Positions 58,996 to 64,000 of a DNA stretch of 64,000 nt are shown one piece after another. Source of the stretch: Anthoceros angustus (lineage: Eukaryota; Plantae; Anthocerotophyta); contig MU008170.1 of the NCBI GenBank assembly GCA_010909165.1, positions 1,550,001 to 1,614,000 on the forward strand. Direction: 5' to 3'. Position numbers and translations under genes: made by a program. Below the pieces are notes generated by a model, which saw only the letters and a list, made by a program, of their open reading frames with translations, had not been told where the DNA came from and searched no databases. Every line of letters starts with the position of its first letter. The first letter of the stretch is position 1.

Positions 58996-61900
58996 TCACT
59001 TGTCTCGAAGTTCGATTAGCTGCTGGACAACCCCAGGGTCGGCCAACGTACTGATGTCGCCGAGTTCATCGAGCTGCTTCGAGGCTATCTTTCTCAGAAT
59101 CCTGCGCATGATCTTGCCGCTCCTTGTCTTCGGCAGACCAGGTGCCCAGTGAATATTGTCTGGAGCGGCGAAGGCTCCAATCTGGAGGGGATCGGGTACA
59201 AATGAGGATCACGAGTGAAAAACTGGAATCAAACGGTCCAATTCTTTGAGAGATGGATCAACAAACCTGATGACGGACGGCAGCCACAAGCTGTCTTCGT
59301 AGATCTTCGCTATAATCAACTCCCTCCACTAGCGTAACAAACGCATATATGCCTTGGCCCTTCACCTGCTCACGGAGTTGAGCTGGGTTAAATTAACGTA
59401 GGCCCTTCCTACTAATTACGCTATTTGCGACAACTAGTGTTTCCGCAACGCTGCTTCTGAAGGACTTACCTCATGATCTACTGCAACAACTGCGGCTTCT
59501 GCACACAGTGCGTGTGAGACCAAGGCCGACTCCACCTCAGCTGTCCCAATACGGTGGCCACTGCAAACGGGTGTGAACAACAACAAACGGTAAACAACGC
59601 GGTTCTCAGAGGTTTCTCACGACTCGCCACCATCGCGTATTCAGAATAACAAGCATGCATTATCTAACCTGACATTGATGACATCATCGACACGACCTGT
59701 CAACCAGTAGTAGCCGTCCTTGTCCCTGATCACCGTCACATCATAGGATCACCGTTGGCATGCTTCAGGCAACCAGCAATGAGGACATCTAACATCCATC
59801 TCAGCAGCACCTGAAAAGTCCAGACCAACTAACCTTCGACATCCATCACCACTGAAATAGTAACCTTTGAACGGCGCGAAGTATGTGGTTTCATATCTGT
59901 CATGATCACCATACAGCGTTCTCATGGCACTAGGCCATGGCGCTTTGATACAAAGATACCCACTGCACTCTCCTAGAAGCTCCTGGCCATTCTCGTCCAC
60001 AATCGCTGGCTACAATGGGTAGGAAAATCACTCTTACAGTGAGAAAGTTTTCATTCTAATGCACATCTATTAGGTCCCATTGATTTGAAAAACGCCAGTG
60101 CAATAGCCATACCTGAACGCCGAAAAAAGGGAGCGTTGCAGACCCAGGCTTCAGCGGCCAGGCACCAGGTAGAGGGGTAATCTGGAACACAAGGACAGAA
60201 CGATGACTCAACCTGGGTGCATTTGGCTGACAACAGAGCATTGCCTTGTCACCCTGTCATGCTCCTGATCGAACTACTCTTACCATGAAGCCACCTGTCT
60301 CAGTCTGCCACCATGTATCAGATATAGGACACCGACCATCTCCAACTACATCATAATACCATCTGCACTTACATAAATAGTGTCAGAGAAGAGAAGTTCT
60401 GCAGAAACAATAACAATAAACTGCTGTACACCTAGAATGCAGTATTGGATTACAAACCTCCATGCACTTGGATTAATAGGCTCTCCAACACTTCCTAAGA
60501 CTCTAAGAGCATTCCGAGAATATCGCCTCACAGGCTGCAGACAAAATAATCGTGAGCCAAAAAAAGAAAAAAATGATGGCTGACACCAGCAATCAGAACG
60601 GGGAACTTGAAGATTGCGCACCCCATCACCAAACCGTTGCAGTGATCTTATTGCAGTTGGAGCAGTGTAAAAAATATTGACATTATGCTTATCCACTATC
60701 TCCCAGCACCTGCCCGCATCTGGATAATTTGGCACCTGTTTAAAGTGTCATGATGCATAGTCAGTAATGGGAGGAATTCAGCAAAGAGAGCTACGACTGG
60801 ACCAAATGACCAGTGAGGTTGAGAGATTTTCATTCACGAGACATCTAAAAGTATGAATAACACAGCCTCAGGTGACTCAAAGAGCATACCCACCCCCTCA
60901 AACACTAGCACTGTCGCTCCATTCAGGAGAGGGCCGTAAGTTACATAGCTGTGTCCCGTGATCCAGCCACAGTCAGCCGTACACCTGCATGCCACACAGT
61001 GTCCCTCATTCAAGTGAAGCGCGAACACAGGAACTGCATACGGCTCAGGCACTCCTCATTTCTAGCTATGTACAAGAGATTCTTTTTGCCTGATGTCGAA
61101 CACAGAGCTAACCTTCCCAGGGGTGACATGAATGTACCAATACACATCACCCGCATGGTAGTCAAAAGTGTACTTGAAAGTAGTGGCAGTGTAGACCATG
61201 TAACCACCAGTAGTGTGCAGCACACCCTGCCCATAACAAAAGAGTCTTTATCAGATGCAGAAGTGAAAGCTCAGTACAAATTCAATGCAAAACACTTATG
61301 ATTGTGCACATACCTTTGGCTTGCCAGTGCTACCACTGGTATACAACAAGAACAAAGGGTCCTCGGCATCCACCCACTCCACAGGACATTCCAGAGGGTA
61401 GGTCGGCACTACATCCTGAAAACCAAATAGATGCTCAAGAACTTCCCATTCCGAAAGATTCTGTCTGTACAGACCCACATGTTAAAGATAGAAGATTGCA
61501 CCTGCCACCACACATCCCGGCCGTCTTGCCATACGGTATCATCCCGGCTCACTGCTATGTCATTGGCAAAGGTCAAACAGGTACCTGTACAGAGGATGTG
61601 AGCCTGATGTCAGAACCACAAGGGTGTGCATACAAGAACAGTGAAGACGTGGAATGCAAGAACACAATGACCACTCGTGTTTATGTCATCCCTTGTGAAT
61701 ACCCAGTAGACAGACTTCACACGGAGAGGTTGACAAGCAAAGAGAAACTGACCAACAGAAACCCCTGCCAATGTGCACTGATCCAGAGCTGCATCCACAA
61801 TCTCTTTCAGCTTGATCACTTTAGGTCCCCTACGCACTCCGCTCGTTGTGAGAACTACTTTGGGCTTGCAGTCTAGCACACGTTGTGCGAGAGATTCTGC

Positions 61901-63038
61901 TGAGAAGCCAGCAAAAACGACCTGCAGAGCTCAAGTAAGCAACCTTCACAAGGATCGAGTGGGCCACCTTAACCAGCAGCACAGTGTTACTTACAGAGTG
62001 GACAGCTCCAATCCGCGCACATGCTAGCATAGCAACTGGTAACTCAACCAGCATTGGCATATAAATCACCACCGCATCTCCCTTCCTCACACCAATCCCC
62101 CTCAGGTAGTTTGCAAGCTGCCACCACATCAGCGGCCAGCAAGTGAGCGTCAAGATTTCACACAGCAGCCTGTACCGGAGCGTGGACATTCCTCCTCATT
62201 GCACCCCTCATAAAAGCAACGAGCCAACGGCGTGAAACAACACTCCAGCGCACAATGGTTGGAAACACGTTCAAAATCGTCAGCCCTAGCAGCCAAGAAT
62301 ACCTGGCAAATCTTATCAAGCAGCTGCTTGAAAGTAACCTTCTTATCCAATCCCACATCGTTGCCCTCCCAAATGATTGCAACGTCCTCACCCTTCCCTG
62401 CCTCCACATGCCTATCAACTGCGTTGTAACATATATTCGTTTCACCACCTTTGAACCACTGACATCAAAAGCCGAAGAACAGGATGTAAAAACAGCTTCC
62501 ACGAGACAAGCACAGCAATGACAACAAAAATCCATTCCGCGCGTCCTGGCCGATAAACAGCGCCACTCGCACCTCACTCGAATCTCAAACTCACTCACCT
62601 CAACAGCAACGGGACCTTTATTCACGTCTATGTTTGCCGCGTGAACCTTGCCGTCCACGCTCGGCCATTTCTTCTTCCAGTAAAAACTGGACGCAATCTC
62701 ACTCCAAAACGCGTCGGGATCTGAGATCGATTTCTCATACATAGCATCGTACTGCAAAATTCCATCACACTAATCAGCTCACTGACCTCACCTCCTCCTC
62801 CTCGGCAGCAAGCAACAACACACGACCGAAATCGCGAATCCCAGTCCAAATTACGCCAGAATCTCACAATTTCCCGGGACGGAACGAGCGCACGGTCCCG
62901 AAACTCCTGACTCGCATACTCCAGAACTTCCTCCTCCCCCTGCACCGCTTTCCCGGTCACCACAGCATCCGCCTGCGCGGCCTTGAGCTCGCTCACACCA
63001 AACCCGTTCCCGATCCCGTTCCCGCTCCCTCCCTCCAT
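58996..63038 (-). CDS. ACS: Acetyl-coenzyme A synthetase (acetate-CoA ligase); ~17 short introns; 5' end possibly longer
   Basis: [143 protein letters not shown] and [19 protein letters not shown]; stop at 58996. Confidence 0.95.
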
Positions 63039-63363
63039 GCCGGCAGCAGGGAATGAAGAGGAGAGCCTACGCAAGGCGGCGGCCGGCGCCACAGCCAGCT
63101 GCCGCGATATCCCGAGCGTGGCCGCGGCGGTAGGGGAGGCGAGAGCGGCTTGCGCTTGCGCAGCGGGAGCGACACCGCAAGCCCACAGGCTCGCGGAGAT
63201 GCGGACGAAGCCGGTCCCGCACTGGCAGCCAGAGTTCCGTGCGCGGCAGCCATGGCTATCTGTTTGCCAGAGCTCGGCGTGTCAGGCCCCTTCTTCCATG
63301 CGAGAATCGAGATCCGTCCTAATCAATGCAGATACAGTCCACCTCAGTAACAGCGCTTTTCTT

Positions 63364-64000
63364 TTATTTTCTTGTACAAACTTCCGGAATACAGTGAGAC
63401 GTCTCGGATGAGAACCACTGGACTGCGGAGTGGCTGGATCCCAGCGGGGAAGGAGGCGCGGAATTCAAGTTTCGGATTGTTGCGAGGAAAAGCTGCTGCT
63501 GGAGCCTGGTCGGTGACGGGTCCGGGGCCAGGGCCATCTGCAGGGCTTGCTTGGAAAATTCCAGAAGAGGGCCGGCGAAGACGTGGGTGCCGGCCGTGGC
63601 GGGCTGGTGCATGGCTTGCTGCAGTCGCACGGCCATTTCCGCCACCATCTGCTTCCAGAGCTGGGCCTTGGCTTCGGCATGGGCGACCTGAGGAATGGGC
63701 GGAAGGATTGTCAGCGGGGTTGCGGAATGCGTTGGCTGCAAGGGCTGGGCTTTGTGATTCTTACCCTTTGGTCGACCTCCGAGAGCTTGATCTTGTCTAC
63801 GCCTCCTGAGCGGCACCGCCTGAGCCTGGGGTGCGGGCGTGCCGGGTTGTCTTGAGACGGCAGGCGGGGGGCGGGGGGCTGCCCGGATGGGGCAGTTTCT
63901 GCTTGGTCGGGTTCTGGTGCCTGTGGCTCTTGTTCTTGTTCCTCTTGGTCTTGGCCATGGTCTTGGTCTTGCTCGGATTGTTGGGGGCACGGGACGTGCA
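63364..64000 (-). CDS. Possible 3' end of an upstream minus-strand gene
   Basis: The frame is open from the window edge to a stop at 63364. AEAKAQLWKQMVAEMAVRLQQAMHQ...LEFSKQALQMALAP looks helical, but the first part is low-complexity repeat. Confidence 0.25.
   Translation of the reverse strand, partial: ARPVPPTIRARPRPWPRPRGTRTRATGTRTRPSRNCPIRAAPRPPPAVSRQPGTPAPQAQAVPLRRRRQDQALGGRPKGKNHKAQPLQPTHSATPLTILPPIPQVAHAEAKAQLWKQMVAEMAVRLQQAMHQPATAGTHVFAGPLLEFSKQALQMALAPDPSPTRLQQQLFLATIRNLNSAPPSPLGSSHSAVQWFSSETSHCIPEVCTRK

Noticed and set aside
63900-63975. (CTTGGT/CTTGTT)n low-complexity tract
   Set aside because: Simple repeat at the window edge; not interpretable without flanking sequence.

Overview
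Eukaryotic, plant-lineage DNA, most likely a streptophyte alga or early-diverging land plant. That assignment is an inference from the plant-type MENG, EDA30-like O-fucosyltransferase and ACS genes and their short GT-AG introns. About 1-32 kb is a nest of transposons: two related Ty3/gypsy-like segments facing each other as a large imperfect inverted repeat, gag and RT relics, a degenerate hAT-like transposase with an internal ~1.19 kb tandem duplication, and a very young Ty1/copia element (23813-30869; 237-bp LTRs with 1 mismatch; AGGTA target-site duplication). The copia element is inserted into a gypsy gag and carries a spliced antisense extra gene. About 36-41 kb is a compact gene island: a divergent YrdC/Sua5-like gene, intronless MENG followed in frame only 15 nt later by intronless METTL23, and a convergent intronless ZPR1. 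The standout feature is 41886-51729, a Ty3/gypsy retrotransposon with the order gag-protease-[DNMT3-like cytosine-5 methyltransferase]-RT-RNaseH-integrase-[PHD finger]-extra ORF. Its terminal repeats are arranged A...B-A-B and no primer-binding site is visible. About 55-63 kb holds an intron-rich EDA30-like O-fucosyltransferase (+) and an acetyl-CoA synthetase (-). Transposon ORFs are full of 1-nt indels while host genes are intact. This suggests consensus errors in repeats, so transposon frameshifts and tandem duplications may be partly artefactual. No rRNA, tRNA or CRISPR features were recognised.
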